Positions 1 through 11,659 are shown, numbered from the whole stretch's first letter. The stretch: DNA of 61,359 nucleotides, filler included, from Sphacelaria rigidula (GCA_964200075.2; 9 parts of 9 records of this genome joined end to end with filler, not necessarily neighbours in it); one strand, 5' to 3'. The notes: generated by a model not told the origin, from the letters alone. Program-made: numbers and translations.

Positions 1-1770
1 CACCTTCGCAGATCGACAACAGCTTGGGCTTGTGGTCCTCCACGGAGTACGTCGTGCCCACCGCTTCCATCAAGGCCTCGAACTGGTCCTCCAGCAAGCA
101 GCCGTTCCCGTCTGAATCCACGGTGTCGAATGCCACCTCGGCCTTGGCTCTCTCTTCCTGCCGCTCCTTTTCCTCGTCGTCGTCGTCGTCCTCCCCGTCG
201 CTAGACACATCTACTGCGTCGCCAGATGCCGACGTATCGGCTGCGGTCACGACCGACGGAGGAGAAGACGTCGCCGCTATGGTAGTCCCGAACGTGAGCC
301 CGCCCGCCGCACTGCTCGCCACGCCCGCGGCGGGTACGACAGCGGACGCCGCGGTGCTGGACGCGACCTCTGCAGTACTTGATAATACAGGCGGTGAGCC
401 GAACGTGAAGCCTCCGACAGCATTCCTTGCGAGGCCAGCGGCCTCTGCGGCGGCGTTGTCATTATTTGCTGTGATACCGGCTTCCATGATCTCCGAAGCC
501 GACGTGGCCGCCGGCGCCGACCCAAACGTGAAGCCACCACTCCCGCCGCCCATGCCCACGACCATGCCCGACCTCCCGCCACCGACACCTGCCCCGCCCA
601 CAACCTTGTCCTCCATGCCCGGCCGCGCTGTCTCGCATGCCCCGCACTTGATACTGCTCTCGGGGTTCGACACAAGACACGCCTCGCACTTCCACCTCTT
701 CGCCTGACCCTCCAACAGAGACGCGAAGCCCTCCACGTCGGCCGTCGACTTCCCGGCCGGCGGGCCGCCCGCAGGTCCCGACTCCTCGTCGGACGACTCG
801 TCCTCGCCGAACAACCAATCGTCGTACCATCTCAAAAACGCGTCCCTCGATAGCCGACCACCTTCGCAGATCGACAACAGCTTGGGCTTGTGGTCCTCCA
901 CGGAGTACGTCGTGCCCACCGCTTCCATCAAGGCCTCGAACTGGTCCTCCAGCAAGCAGCCGTTCCCGTCTGAATCCACGGTGTCGAATGCCACCTCGGC
1001 CTTGGCTCTCTCTTCCTGCCGCTCCTTTTCCTCGTCGTCGTCGTCGTCCTCCCCGTCGTTAGATACATTTGCAGCATCCGCAAGTTCCGAGGCATCAACC
1101 GCGGTAATTACCGACAACGGAGACGACGTAGTCGTCAGCGGAGTTCCGAGCGCGAAGCCGCGTGCTGCATTGGTCACCACGTCTGACGAAGCTGGTCCAG
1201 TAGGTGCCGATTCAGGCGGTGAGCCGAACGGGAAGCCTCCAACAGCATCGGCCGTGACGCCAGCGGTGGCCAAGGCGGCGGTGTGATCCTCGACAGTAGG
1301 AGCAGATGCCGCGGTCTCCGAAGCCGACGTAGCCGCCGGCGCCGACCCGAACGTGAAGCCACCACTCCCGCCGCCCATGCCCACGACCATGCCCGAGCTC
1401 CCGCCACTGGCGCCTGCCCCGCCCACAACCTTGTCCTCCATGCCCGGCCGCGCTGTCTCGCATGCCCCGCACTTGATACTGCTCTCGGGGTTCGACACAA
1501 GACACGCCTCGCACTTCCACCTTTTCGCCTGATCACCCAACAGCGATGCGAAGCCCTTCACGTCGGCCGTCGACTTCCCGGCCGGCGGGCCGCCCGCAGG
1601 TCCCGACTTCTCGTCGGACGACTCGTCCCTGCCGAACAACCAATCGTCGTACCATCTCAAAAACGCGTCCCTTGATAGCCGACCACCTTCGCAGATCGAC
1701 AACAGCTTGGGCTTGTGGTCCTCCACGGAGTACGTCGTGCCCACCGCTTCCATCAAGGCCTCGAACTGGC
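1..1770. repeat. Coding tandem repeat, periods 858 and 825 bp (286 and 275 codons)
   Basis: caccttcgcagatcgacaacagcttggg recurs at 1, 859 and 1684. Both periods are multiples of 3. Confidence 0.95.
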
Positions 1771-3259
1771 TCTCCTCTATCCACCCCTCGCCACAGGCAT
1801 CAATCTTGTCGAACGCCCTCCCCGCCTTAGCCTTCTCCTCTCGCTTCTCCCCGTCATAAACGTCATCACTAGATGAGCCCGCGACTTCATCGTCACTGCC
1901 GTCTTCCTCGCTTGGAACTTTTGCCGCGGCCACTGAAGAATCACCAGTCCCACTCAATGGCGCACCGGGCGAGGGGATCGCGCCCGCATCGACATCACCA
2001 TCGGCATCGCGTGAAGCACCCCCTGCCGCCGCCCCGGCCCCTGCCCGCGATGAAGGCAGTATATTGGAAGCCACAGAAACTCCATTAACCTCAGTCAGTT
2101 TTCTAGTGTCACTGCCGAGGCCGGCGGCGGCTCCTTCGACTGCCGCTGCTGCAGCTCTCGCGGGCGCGGGTAGGGATGCAGACACCGACCGCTGTTGCTC
2201 TCTCTTCGCTGTGGCGCACCACTCGATAAACCGAGCGCGAGGCAGACGCGGGGAACAGAGGTCTAGCAGGGCGGTACCCTGCTCCTCCGCTGTAAATGGC
2301 ATGCCCGTGTTCTCCACAAGAGCCTCGAAATCCTTTTCCCCGATCCATCCCGTGCCAGCAGCATCGAAACGATCGAAAGCTCGCCCTGCGGCCGCATCGT
2401 CATCACTTTCACAGTCATAACCATCATCTTTACGATCTTGTCGCAGTTGTTGCTGAGCGGCTTCTTTACCCCCGTTTACCGCCAGTTTCGTTTTTTCCCC
2501 CGTGAGCGCTGACGGCGGGGGTTGGGAATCACCGCGGGAACGAGACGTCGTTGGAGATATGTTGCTGGCGCCACCACCAGTCGTTTTTGCGGCTCTCGCA
2601 GCTCTCGCGCCAAGAGCAGAGAAAAACGGGCCACCAGAGACAGCAGCCGCGAGGCTAGCGAAGGATGAAGCCACCAGGCTTATTTCCGGGGACCCGGGAT
2701 TGCGGAAGCCTCCGCAGGGGCGCCGGGGCGTGCCCCCGTCACTGCCGCTGGTAGCGGGGGCAGTGGCAGCGGCGCCTGGTTGGACTTGAGTTGGCCTTGG
2801 GGTGATAGGTGCGGATTTTCGGGTTGAAGGAGAGCGGAGCGCCAGCCCGTCCGAGGGAGGTGTAGACCCTACTCCAAACAGACCATCACCGCCGCTACTG
2901 CCATCGCAGCCCTGGCTTGCACCAAACCCACCGCCGAACAGACCCGTCGTGGTTCCATTTGTCCGCCCAGCGGGGTTGGAAAATAAGATGGACTTGCCAG
3001 CATCTGCACCGGCACCAGCACGAGCAGTAGTGGTGCTAGCCTCGCCACCGGTAGCAGCACCGAACAGGGAGCCGCCGAGAGGTGAGGGGCGCGAGAACGA
3101 ATGGAATGTGCTCGTTTGCTGCGGCACTGCCGACAGACCAAATGAGGAACCGAACAGGCCAGAACCTGCTGCAACTTGCGCACCCCCTTCACGTACAGCG
3201 GTTGGGCGTTGCATCTCCGATCCATCCTCGTGAAGCTGTCCGCATTTGGCGATGACCAC
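1..3259 (-). CDS. Large exon (>=1086 codons, open at window edge) with GLFG/FTFG motifs, four EF-hand-like modules and two RanBP2-type zinc fingers
   Basis: Acceptor cag at 3262-3260. I found no stop down to position 1, which explains its absence from the ORF track. Zinc fingers [20 protein letters not shown] at 1519-1460 and 694-635. EF-like segments [36 protein letters not shown] and [18 protein letters not shown] (twice). FG motifs GLFG (x3), SLFG, FTFG, FPFG, LTFG. Confidence 0.88.
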   Translation of the reverse strand, partial: MVIAKCGQLHEDGSEMQRPTAVREGGAQVAAGSGLFGSSFGLSAVPQQTSTFHSFSRPSPLGGSLFGAATGGEASTTTARAGAGADAGKSILFSNPAGRTNGTTTGLFGGGFGASQGCDGSSGGDGLFGVGSTPPSDGLALRSPSTRKSAPITPRPTQVQPGAAATAPATSGSDGGTPRRPCGGFRNPGSPEISLVASSFASLAAAVSGGPFFSALGARAARAAKTTGGGASNISPTTSRSRGDSQPPPSALTGEKTKLAVNGGKEAAQQQLRQDRKDDGYDCESDDDAAAGRAFDRFDAAGTGWIGEKDFEALVENTGMPFTAEEQGTALLDLCSPRLPRARFIEWCATAKREQQRSVSASLPAPARAAAAAVEGAAAGLGSDTRKLTEVNGVSVASNILPSSRAGAGAAAGGASRDADGDVDAGAIPSPGAPLSGTGDSSVAAAKVPSEEDGSDDEVAGSSSDDVYDGEKREEKAKAGRAFDKIDACGEGWIEESQFEALMEAVGTTYSVEDHKPKLLSICEGGRLSRDAFLRWYDDWLFGRDESSDEKSGPAGGPPAGKSTADVKGFASLLGDQAKRWKCEACLVSNPESSIKCGACETARPGMEDKVVGGAGASGGSSGMVVGMGGGSGGFTFGSAPAATSASETAASAPTVEDHTAALATAGVTADAVGGFPFGSPPESAPTGPASSDVVTNAARGFALGTPLTTTSSPLSVITAVDASELADAANVSNDGEDDDDDEEKERQEERAKAEVAFDTVDSDGNGCLLEDQFEALMEAVGTTYSVEDHKPKLLSICEGGRLSRDAFLRWYDDWLFGEDESSDEESGPAGGPPAGKSTADVEGFASLLEGQAKRWKCEACLVSNPESSIKCGACETARPGMEDKVVGGAGVGGGRSGMVVGMGGGSGGFTFGSAPAATSASEIMEAGITANNDNAAAEAAGLARNAVGGFTFGSPPVLSSTAEVASSTAASAVVPAAGVASSAAGGLTFGTTIAATSSPPSVVTAADTSASGDAVDVSSDGEDDDDDEEKERQEERAKAEVAFDTVDSDGNGCLLEDQFEALMEAVGTTYSVEDHKPKLLSICEG

Positions 3260-6159
3260 CTGCTTTGTCGGATGCCCAACGGCCGACAGAGCAAAACGCC
3301 GAGGTTTAAAGGAGCGAAGAAACGAGTACATAACACACAACACTACCCATAATGATTTAGGACAATCACAGAGAAGAACACCGGACGCGGGGGGAGGAGG
3401 GAAGGGAGAGGGGGGTCATTCGTGGCGCGGAAGACACAGTCTCCCTCCACTCAATAGTTGGTTCGTCGTGTGGTGTGTTTCTCTTTACTTCTTTTCACCC
3501 CGAGAGTCAGGAGACCACAACGCGGTGCACGTCACAAGAGCTCCAACGGGTGCACCCAACAGCAATTTTTTTACAAGTTTTGAGACGCCCGTTCAACAAA
3601 TACTTTGTTGCTAGCTACCCCAAGGGTCGTGAATACTATTTGGCACGTGATAATATCGCAAATCATACGTGCGGTCTATTCAGAATTCGAGTAATCACCA
3701 TCCCAGTGATTACATAATACATGCACTCGTACGTGACTGCCAGAGGCATTATATTATATCACTCTCCCCCCGCCCCCCCCTAGCGGGCACAGCCTACCGC
3801 TTCACCATGACACGAAAGAACCTTGGGGCCTCACCCGCTCATCCGGCGAGGGTTTTCCGTTTTGCTTGGGTGCCACCAGCGTCACCGACTTCATGCGGTC
3901 AAGCACCTTCATACCGCTTTGCACCTCCCCAAACACCACGTGCTTGCCGTCCAAGTGAGCAACAGCCTGGTGCGGGAGAACGCAGAGCAGCCCAAACAGA
4001 CAAACACACACAAAAATTGCGCGCGCGGAAAGTGATAGTGGCGGTAAGGGGGGACGATCAATTCTTTTGCGGGTTGAGAGTAACAAACGGGGGCACCAGT
4101 GAGAGAGGCACGCTAAGGCGAATAGAGTATCCGATGGTAATGCTATTGCGTGGCAACAAGCTGAGGGCGTGTCTCAGCACCCTTTTGTTGTAAACGAAAA
4201 AATGGGGTGGTGGGCTCGATTTGGGTGAAATTCGCTCATCTTTCTCGCGGTGGGTCCAAGCCAGTTCTCAAGCTTTCGATCGAAAAAAAAAGGGAAATTC
4301 GTGAAACGGTACATGGTCAATCGTATACGGTACAGACAGTCCGTTCTGTCTACACTGCGTGCAAGCGGTGTGTATTGTGTGCGTGTGTGCGTGTTTCGTA
4401 CAGGAGGATAGAACAACGTGCAGTGCCGACAGCCCAGTACCATCGGTTCTCTCTGCTCACAACGCCACGTGAAAAGGACTTCAGCGACGTGCAGCAGTGT
4501 GTCGCTTGCACTGTCCATGAGCGTCGACGCAACTTGGTTGCCCACCGTACCACGCAGTTCCGTCCTTGATGTCTACCATGAGAGAAGATGCGCAAGTTCT
4601 CGCTGACAAAAAATAAGCAAAGCATATCCAACTACTGCAGCGTATCTTCCCCTGGAATCAACACGCGCCCTATGCTGGACGGTTGCGGTGGTAGCTGAGA
4701 ATGAGTTGGATGGAGTGTGCATGGTCTTGTGAACAGGTGTCATCTGGCGTGGTGATCTGTAGGAGAGGAGTCAAGTGCCGCTTCGTGGCTTTCGACCGCA
4801 TGTTTTCGATCGAAAAGGATTATTTCCGTGTCAGATAGTTCTTCTCCGCGTGCCACTAATTATAATTTTGAGTTGAGGCCTTCTAGGAACATTCATGTGG
4901 TGCACCTATCAGATCGGCATATTAATATCGATCGCACTTTTTCGATTAAACACAAGTGCGAAGGCACGCCCTGAGGAGCAAAAAGTAAATATATAAGTAC
5001 ACTGATGGCGGCTACCAACACATTTAACGAGACAGCCCCATGGGCGTGAATATTGAGTATTGAGTATCGAATTGAATGCTAAAAAATTGAATGCTGGAGA
5101 ACCCCCCCACTCCCCCCTCCTTCCCCGGTCCTCCTCTTGTCGTTGAACCCTCATCACTTTTGAGTATCTCACCTTGAGGGTGATGAAAAACTGACTTCCG
5201 TTCGTGTTTTTCCCGGAGTTGGCCATGCTCAACAGACCATGCTTGTGGTGACGCATGAAAGGCTCGTCCTCGAACTTCCCCTGAAAAACACAGCGCCACC
5301 AAAAAAGAAGAGTTGGGAAGCGCAGTGCAAAGAATCAAGACAGCCGTAGACAGATGAAGCCCACAGTCGAGAAAAAAAAAAGGAAAACAGAGCACGGTTG
5401 AGTAAATAACTGGGCAGCAAGCATTCCCCACCTCTCAAAAAAGACACGATTTCTCGTTGCATGACTGCCAAACGTTCGGGAGAATATTTACCTCAGGGTC
5501 ACTAGCTCGAAGGAGAATCGCACTAGCTGGAAATATAATCGTCTCAACAGAATAACCGATACAGTGAAGCATTGTGAATGCCAAACCGCGTCAACACACG
5601 GGGTTATGATTGATCATATTCTTGTCTTGCCCAGCACTACTGTAAACTTGCCTTGCCCAGCACTACTGTATACTCGCCTTGCCCAGCATCTACTGTATTT
5701 TTGCCATGCTCAACACTCCCGTATATTTCGCTACATGCATGTACTGACTAAATGGAATAGAAAAACACACCCTGGACGATAGATTACGCTGTCATGAAGT
5801 GTACCGCGAAAAGTATCGACCACTGCGTCTATTGCAAGAGACAACAGATTCCATACAATGTTGACAGTGTAATCCATTGTCCAGGGTATGGAGAAAAAAG
5901 TAAGAAAGGGCTACATAGCATCATTCTTTAGTACGCACTTCGCTCTAGGGCTAAGCCAGTCAGCGCGCGGGCTCGGCTCTTCATTGAAACTCAAGGTCTA
6001 TTCCTCATCTAGTTTTCTTCGTTTCCCTTTCCAAGGCCGCCTCACCCCGTATATGGACTGGCCCCCGGTCCCATCCCCCTTGGTGAAATCGCCTCCTTGG
6101 ACAACAAAACCCGGAATAATTCTATGAAAGGCACTTCCTTCGTATCGCAACCCTGGTCC
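1..6159 (-). CDS. Partial multi-exon gene: cyclophilin (PPIase) domain followed by FG-repeat / EF-hand-like / RanBP2-type zinc-finger repeats (RanBP2/Nup358-like nucleoporin candidate); both ends missing
   Basis: Phase-0 GT-AG exons 6159-6046 ([38 protein letters not shown]), 5280-5173 ([36 protein letters not shown]), 3966-3835 ([26 protein letters not shown]...PDER) and 3259-1 (VVIAKCGQL...). They join in frame into the middle and C-terminal part of a cyclophilin fold, which runs straight into the long exon. Confidence 0.9.
4290..4985 (+). repeat. Intronic dispersed repeat, diverged copy of 31840-32530
   Basis: Shared blocks such as accacgcagttccgtcc.tgat and ggttgcggtggtagctgaga, in the same order in both copies. 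Confidence 0.75.
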
Positions 6160-6729
6160 CTGATGAACTCATAGAGAAAAATAGCAAAAACAAGGAGGGG
6201 GGGGAGATGGAGAGAGACAAGATGAGTGATGGAGAAAATTGCAAAAACGAAGGTGAGAGAAAAAAAAAAAGAGATGGAGAAAGACAACAAGATCGTAAAA
6301 GCTCTTCAGGGTGCGACAAGTGGGGACAAAAATATTTTTCGGTATTACAATCCTTGTCCTTCCTCGATGAAGATAACATAGCAGGCAACAAGACCAATAC
6401 CAATACCAAGACCAAGATGAACATGAGACAAAAATAATCGAGGCCACCAAAGCTGAGTGGGGTGAACATACGGCAAACAGGTACCGTGCGTCAAGGCATA
6501 TTAACGGCGTCCGGATCATGACTTTCTTGGCACCTGAAAAACTCATGAACCGAGAATGATATTTAGGGGAAGTGATGAACAACGAACTCCGAATGCAATA
6601 GCAGCAGATACAGACATGAGCAAAAATGGCCAGAAATCTGATGGATCACCTGGTGGGGGGTGTACTCATGATCATGCTTGCCATAGTCATAAGACCATTG
6701 ACCTCGCATCCCTACAAAGCCGGGACGGA

Positions 6730-6829
6730 NNNNNNNNNNNNNNNNNNNNNNNNNNNNNNNNNNNNNNNNNNNNTTAATTAATTAANNNNNNNNNNNNNNN
6801 NNNNNNNNNNNNNNNNNNNNNNNNNNNNN
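6730..6829. other. Artificial 100-nt contig spacer (also at 13559, 20388, 27217, 34046, 40875, 47704, 54532)
   Basis: N-run / TTAATTAATTAA / N-run, with stops in all six frames, repeated every 6829 or 6828 bp. Confidence 0.98.
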
Positions 6830-7878
6830 TATTACAGGTTTGAGAAAAGTGTATGTATGCTTCAGGCCCCATGACTGCAGATTAATTAACCTTGTTGACT
6901 TACGTAGGTCCCGCATTCATCTGAAGGTGGGAAGTATATACCGGCGCTCACGTCGAACTTGTCGCACATGGCGTGCATGTACGAGCCATTCACGCCTTGA
7001 GTCATGAAGAAGGGTTGACTGCGTGGATTACATCACGCCTTGAGTCATGAAGAATGGTTGACTGCGTGGATTACAACTGATGTACGAACCGCATGATTTA
7101 TTCATTGAGATGATGACTTCGAGTTGACTCACGAGTTGATTTGTCCTAACCGTGAAATGAAGTCTAAATGAGCCAATCAGCATCAATCACAAGTACACGC
7201 ATCGCCTCGAAAAAACGACCTGGTACACATGCAATGTAATATTTGTAAAAAAGTACGTTTGTATAGCAAGCCTGTGACTGACGTTGCTGTACATCTGTTC
7301 ACAGGGTCACAACAACAGGAGGATATATGCTACTGCTCGTGTTCTTGTTGTGCCCCTGTTGTTACACCATGCAGTTGTGCCAATCTTTATATTTTTCCGC
7401 GGATTTCTCAGCAATAAATCAGAGGATTTGCGGTTTCTCCCCCACGCTTGCCACACACCCAAACTAGGGAATCGAGCCAGCGATTTCCTTAACGCGTGAC
7501 ACAAACGCCGCACGAAACCACGTGTACAAAAAAAAAAAGTGTTTTTCTTTCAGTTTTTGGGACTTTTGGAGTTTGCCATGGTGACTTGTTGTGTGCGGGG
7601 TGGTGTAGAGTGCCACAGACCGGCTTGCTTCCTGTGTCGAGAAAAACGCGTTGACGGTGCTACAGCTGTCGCATACTGATCAAAGATAATCAGGGAGTGA
7701 GCGTGTGTCCTACTCGGAAATCGGAACAGCTCGGAGCAGCTGATGATGTGCGAAGTATTTATTACTCCTCCTTGTTCTTGTTTTTTCCCTGCACTGGTTG
7801 TTTTGGTCGTTATGGCCCTCATTCGCCCCGATAACAGGGATAGCAGTATGCATGACGACGCGCATCCAGGCGACTCAC

Positions 7879-8145
7879 GTTTGGATGATGTCGAAGCAAC
7901 CTCATGATGGACACCTCTCTCAGAATATGCCGAGCATCCGAAGCTCTGTCAGCGATAGGGCATATTCGCTTTATAGCCACTTTCCCCCCTGTCTTCCTCT
8001 CTAAACCAGCAGCCACCACGCCGAAAGAGCCACATCCAAGAAGCCCCACAACTTTGTACCGGTTCGGGTCTATGGTGAACACCACCCCACCGATCTGAGT
8101 CCCGCTCGAGTCGTCGTTGTTGAGTTGCTGTGCCGCGTCCTCCAT
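7879..8145 (-). CDS. Mitogen-activated protein kinase, first coding exon (subdomains I-III)
   Basis: MEDAA...RYKVVGLLGCGSFGVVAAG...KVAIKRI...DARHILREVSIMRLLRHHPN, then a gtgagt donor at 7878. No downstream exons were found in the contig. Confidence 0.88.
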
Positions 8146-11100
8146 TTTTCAATCCTTTTTCGCCCGCATCAATATGTCTAAATTATCTGGAACAGATATC
8201 ACTCTATGCATTCACAGGATTACGCAGACGCTATGAACATCAATGGTGTAGAGCTTCCAGTTGCCCTCATAGCAAAGCGGAGATTGGGCCAGTCGCTGTA
8301 CTTGGTTGTCTGGAACGGCCGTTCGACAAGAAGTCGTCCACCAGCTTTTCAAGGCCTATATACTTACTGCTCTACCAACTCAACCATAGCCCTTGAAAAC
8401 TCCTGTCTACCATAATTTAGAACTTAGTCGATACATCCTATGCGATGTAAGGGCTTGGACTCGCAGAGCACACTCGCTAAACATGCAGCAGAGATACACA
8501 ACATACAGCGATGGACCCCAACGAGAAACGCGGCCTTTTCGGTGCCGTATCGCGATGGGGGTCTGAAGGGAAATGAAACCCAAGGTGACAATGAAAAAAG
8601 GACATAATGTCGGTCATGCACACCACAAGAAGCATTGGTCCCGGGTCGGAGTGTCGAAGATCTAGGTATCTCTCCCAGCTGAATTCATCATCTGGGCTTT
8701 TTGTTGAAGGGCTGCCCTGGTCGATTAAAGAAAAGCCGTCAGAAACAGCACCTGTAAGCAATTGTGACAGACATTGCGCGGAGGTTGTGTCTCAACACTG
8801 CTTGTGGACATCAAGATGGAGGATTCTAAGCTGCAGCGATTGCACGACACGCTCAAGAAGCTTGCGCCCAAGGGCAATCACGTGAGTTGCGTTCTTGCCT
8901 CACCTATATACATGAATTTATTTTGTGTTATAGTGAATTCTGTCCGTGCCTCGTACTTTCTTCTCGGCGTCATCATGTCCGTCGCAGAAGTCAACTCTTG
9001 ATACGTCCCTTCTTGACCACCATCCGTGGGCATCCCAGGCGTGGATGTGACGTCGAGATTAAAGGTTCAGTGCTGCAGTAGAAATGCTGCGTAGATTCGG
9101 ATGTTCACGGCGGTCGGCTTTTGAGAGTCATGTGGTGAATGTGGGGTGCACACACGAGGGTAGTGTGTGCGTCGAGACTGCAGGGCAGCCGTACGTTTAC
9201 TCCCGTTGAATATGACGGTATATAACACCCCCTTCAAGCGTACAGCTCCCGTGCTGTATTTTGATTGATTCGGTTGATTGTTGCACCTTACTGGCTGGGC
9301 CGTCTAAGAAGCGGACTTTCCTGCTGGTTCCGATCTATTGCGAGCCGTGCCTACTATGACACATCGTGGTAATCTGTAAATCAACGCGCGTCTTTCACTT
9401 CACGTAGCAGTGCGATCTGACAAGTTCCCACGAAACGAAATACCAAACTGTAGTCAGCTGCGAAGTGTAGAGAGTTGAGGGTGGCATGTGCGGCAGAAAT
9501 AAGGGGGGGGAACGGCTGAAATCGCATTTACAGTTACAGTCGGTTGTGCCGCGGCCGTAGAGGGACGGTGCTGCACTAGTTGTGGTTGTACAACAATGCA
9601 TGTACTGTTCGCGCGCAGGGTTTGACACGATGTATGTGCGAAGACTCCACCTTCAACCCCGTACATTTATTTGTTTTTTCCCGTGAGTTGTCGGCGACCA
9701 AACATTTCAGGACAGTTTTTCTCGGAACATGATAGTGAATAACTCCAAAAAAAAACAAGAAAAAATGGGGAGCAGAAGATGGAGTTTTTGCACATACGTC
9801 GTGTACTCGTACTTTGTGTGAAAAAATCATAGAAAACGACCCAGAATTGAGCTGCTAAATCGCGTGTGCGCATCCCTGTCCGCGTCGTGGGCGACCCAGC
9901 CTGTATCTGATACCCCAGGAATCCAGCCGTGGTCATCATCCACATGATATACGTACCCGGGACAGTCTCTGAAGAAAATGAAGAAAACAGAAAGGTAGAA
10001 CAGACAAAACAGAGTGAGTTGAGAAAAGGAGAGAAAAACTATAAATGGCCTGCGTCTCCAACACGTGCAGTGGGTTCATAGGTACGGGGTTTTTTCATAA
10101 TAGTACAAGCACTATTTTCAAGTAATTTGGTTCAAAATTTTGACCAGTCCCTCCACGCTTCATCGTACATTTCTTATTTCGTAATTGATTTTAGTACGCA
10201 CTCTGTCACACATGGTTTTGCCGGGCTTCTGGTGCCCGCAGCCGCAGTACATAGGCGTGCGGAGGCAGGATATTCAAGACAACGACGGTCTATTGTACGT
10301 GTACCCAACGTTTGCTTTGAGGATTCGCCGTGCCCACAGTATGGTTGCGGTGGCCGGGGTTGGCGGCGCAGTCTCCATTTGCGCTTAGCTTGCTGCTGCA
10401 TCCTGCACGGCCTGTTACACGAAGCGTTACTTAGGACAGCTCTATCATCGTCGTTGTGTGTTGTTTTCATGCTGCGCGGTCGGAACAATACTTGAGAAAA
10501 GGACCGTACCCGCATCAATGCTGCTGGCTCCGTTATGCAGGCTGTCGTGCTGTTGTTCTGAATGGCTCGTGTTGATCGGTGCCGTACAGACATGAAACGC
10601 ATAGTGCCAACTGGCTAGCCAGCGCTGGCGAATCTTCTTGCTATACAGATACCGTCGGTATCGCGACAGAAAGTTGTTGACGTATGTGCTGGAGACAACC
10701 AAGCACTCCACATACGGGGGATCAGATAGTCAACGCAGTGATGTATCTCTGTTGCGTGTACGATCCCGTGTGCTAGAACGCCGCTTCCTTTCGGAGGGAT
10801 ACGCTCCGCCTGCTTCATGACCTGATGCTTGTTGAAATAGTATCGATGCTAACTCCACATTTTTTTTTCAGTTCTCCTGCTAACAGCGGGAGATGAAGTT
10901 CAGACCAGGCCTGAACAACAAATAATCAAATAGTGTAGTCTCGTTGACTGATGAGGTTTGAGTCGGGCACGTATCAAGCGAAAATCCCGACAATAATCAT
11001 GGGGAACAACGATCGATAATTTCAGTTCAATTATTTTGTAACAACCCGTACCTATGAACTCTGTGCCGCGATATGGCTTCGGTGGAGAAGGTCTTGCGCA

Positions 11101-11659
11101 GAAACCACACTCTCAACAATCGTAAAAAAGAATTAAAAAAACGTGGGAACAGATTGCGGCTCATCTATTTCGACCTCACTATTGCGGTTATGAAGCACTA
11201 ATCCATGAACCCTACGGAAACGTGGCACCAAAATGCAACTGGCATACACCGGGAAGGAAAAACATATGAAGAGTTGGGGAAAGAGGGAGAAAAGAGAAGG
11301 TTTCATAACAGAAGTGATGAAACCCGAAGGACAGTACGGTGGAGCAGAAGCAAACACACAGCAGGATCCACTACAGAACCACCGACCAAGGACATGTGCA
11401 AAAACCGATAGCAAAAAACATGGGTACGTGAGTTTCCGTGTTGGCCCACTTTTTCGCGTTGATTCCTGTTGATAGTCGAACATTTTGAATTCCTCGTGAG
11501 CTCTTGCTGTTCTTGTGCTAGCGAGTTCAGTTGTCGGGTAGGCGGCTCTCGAAGCAGTAGCCTCTCGTTTGTGGCGGTGGTTCGATTATCGTTTGTCTTC
11601 GCGTAGCCCCGCGTACTCGAGTACTCCCGCCCCTTTCTCGGCTCCAAGATGTCATTAGG

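Noticed and set aside
24..3233. Plus-strand ORFs (24-707, 882-1286, 2802-3233 and others)
   Set aside because: They are antisense shadows of the long minus-strand exon, which carries the recognisable domains.
6990..7075. 44-bp direct repeat as a CRISPR-like array
   Set aside because: Only two adjacent copies with no spacers, in a eukaryotic context; a simple tandem duplication.
6046..8145. MAP kinase-cyclophilin fusion (same strand, ~1.7 kb apart)
   Set aside because: An artificial spacer separates the two unrelated contigs.
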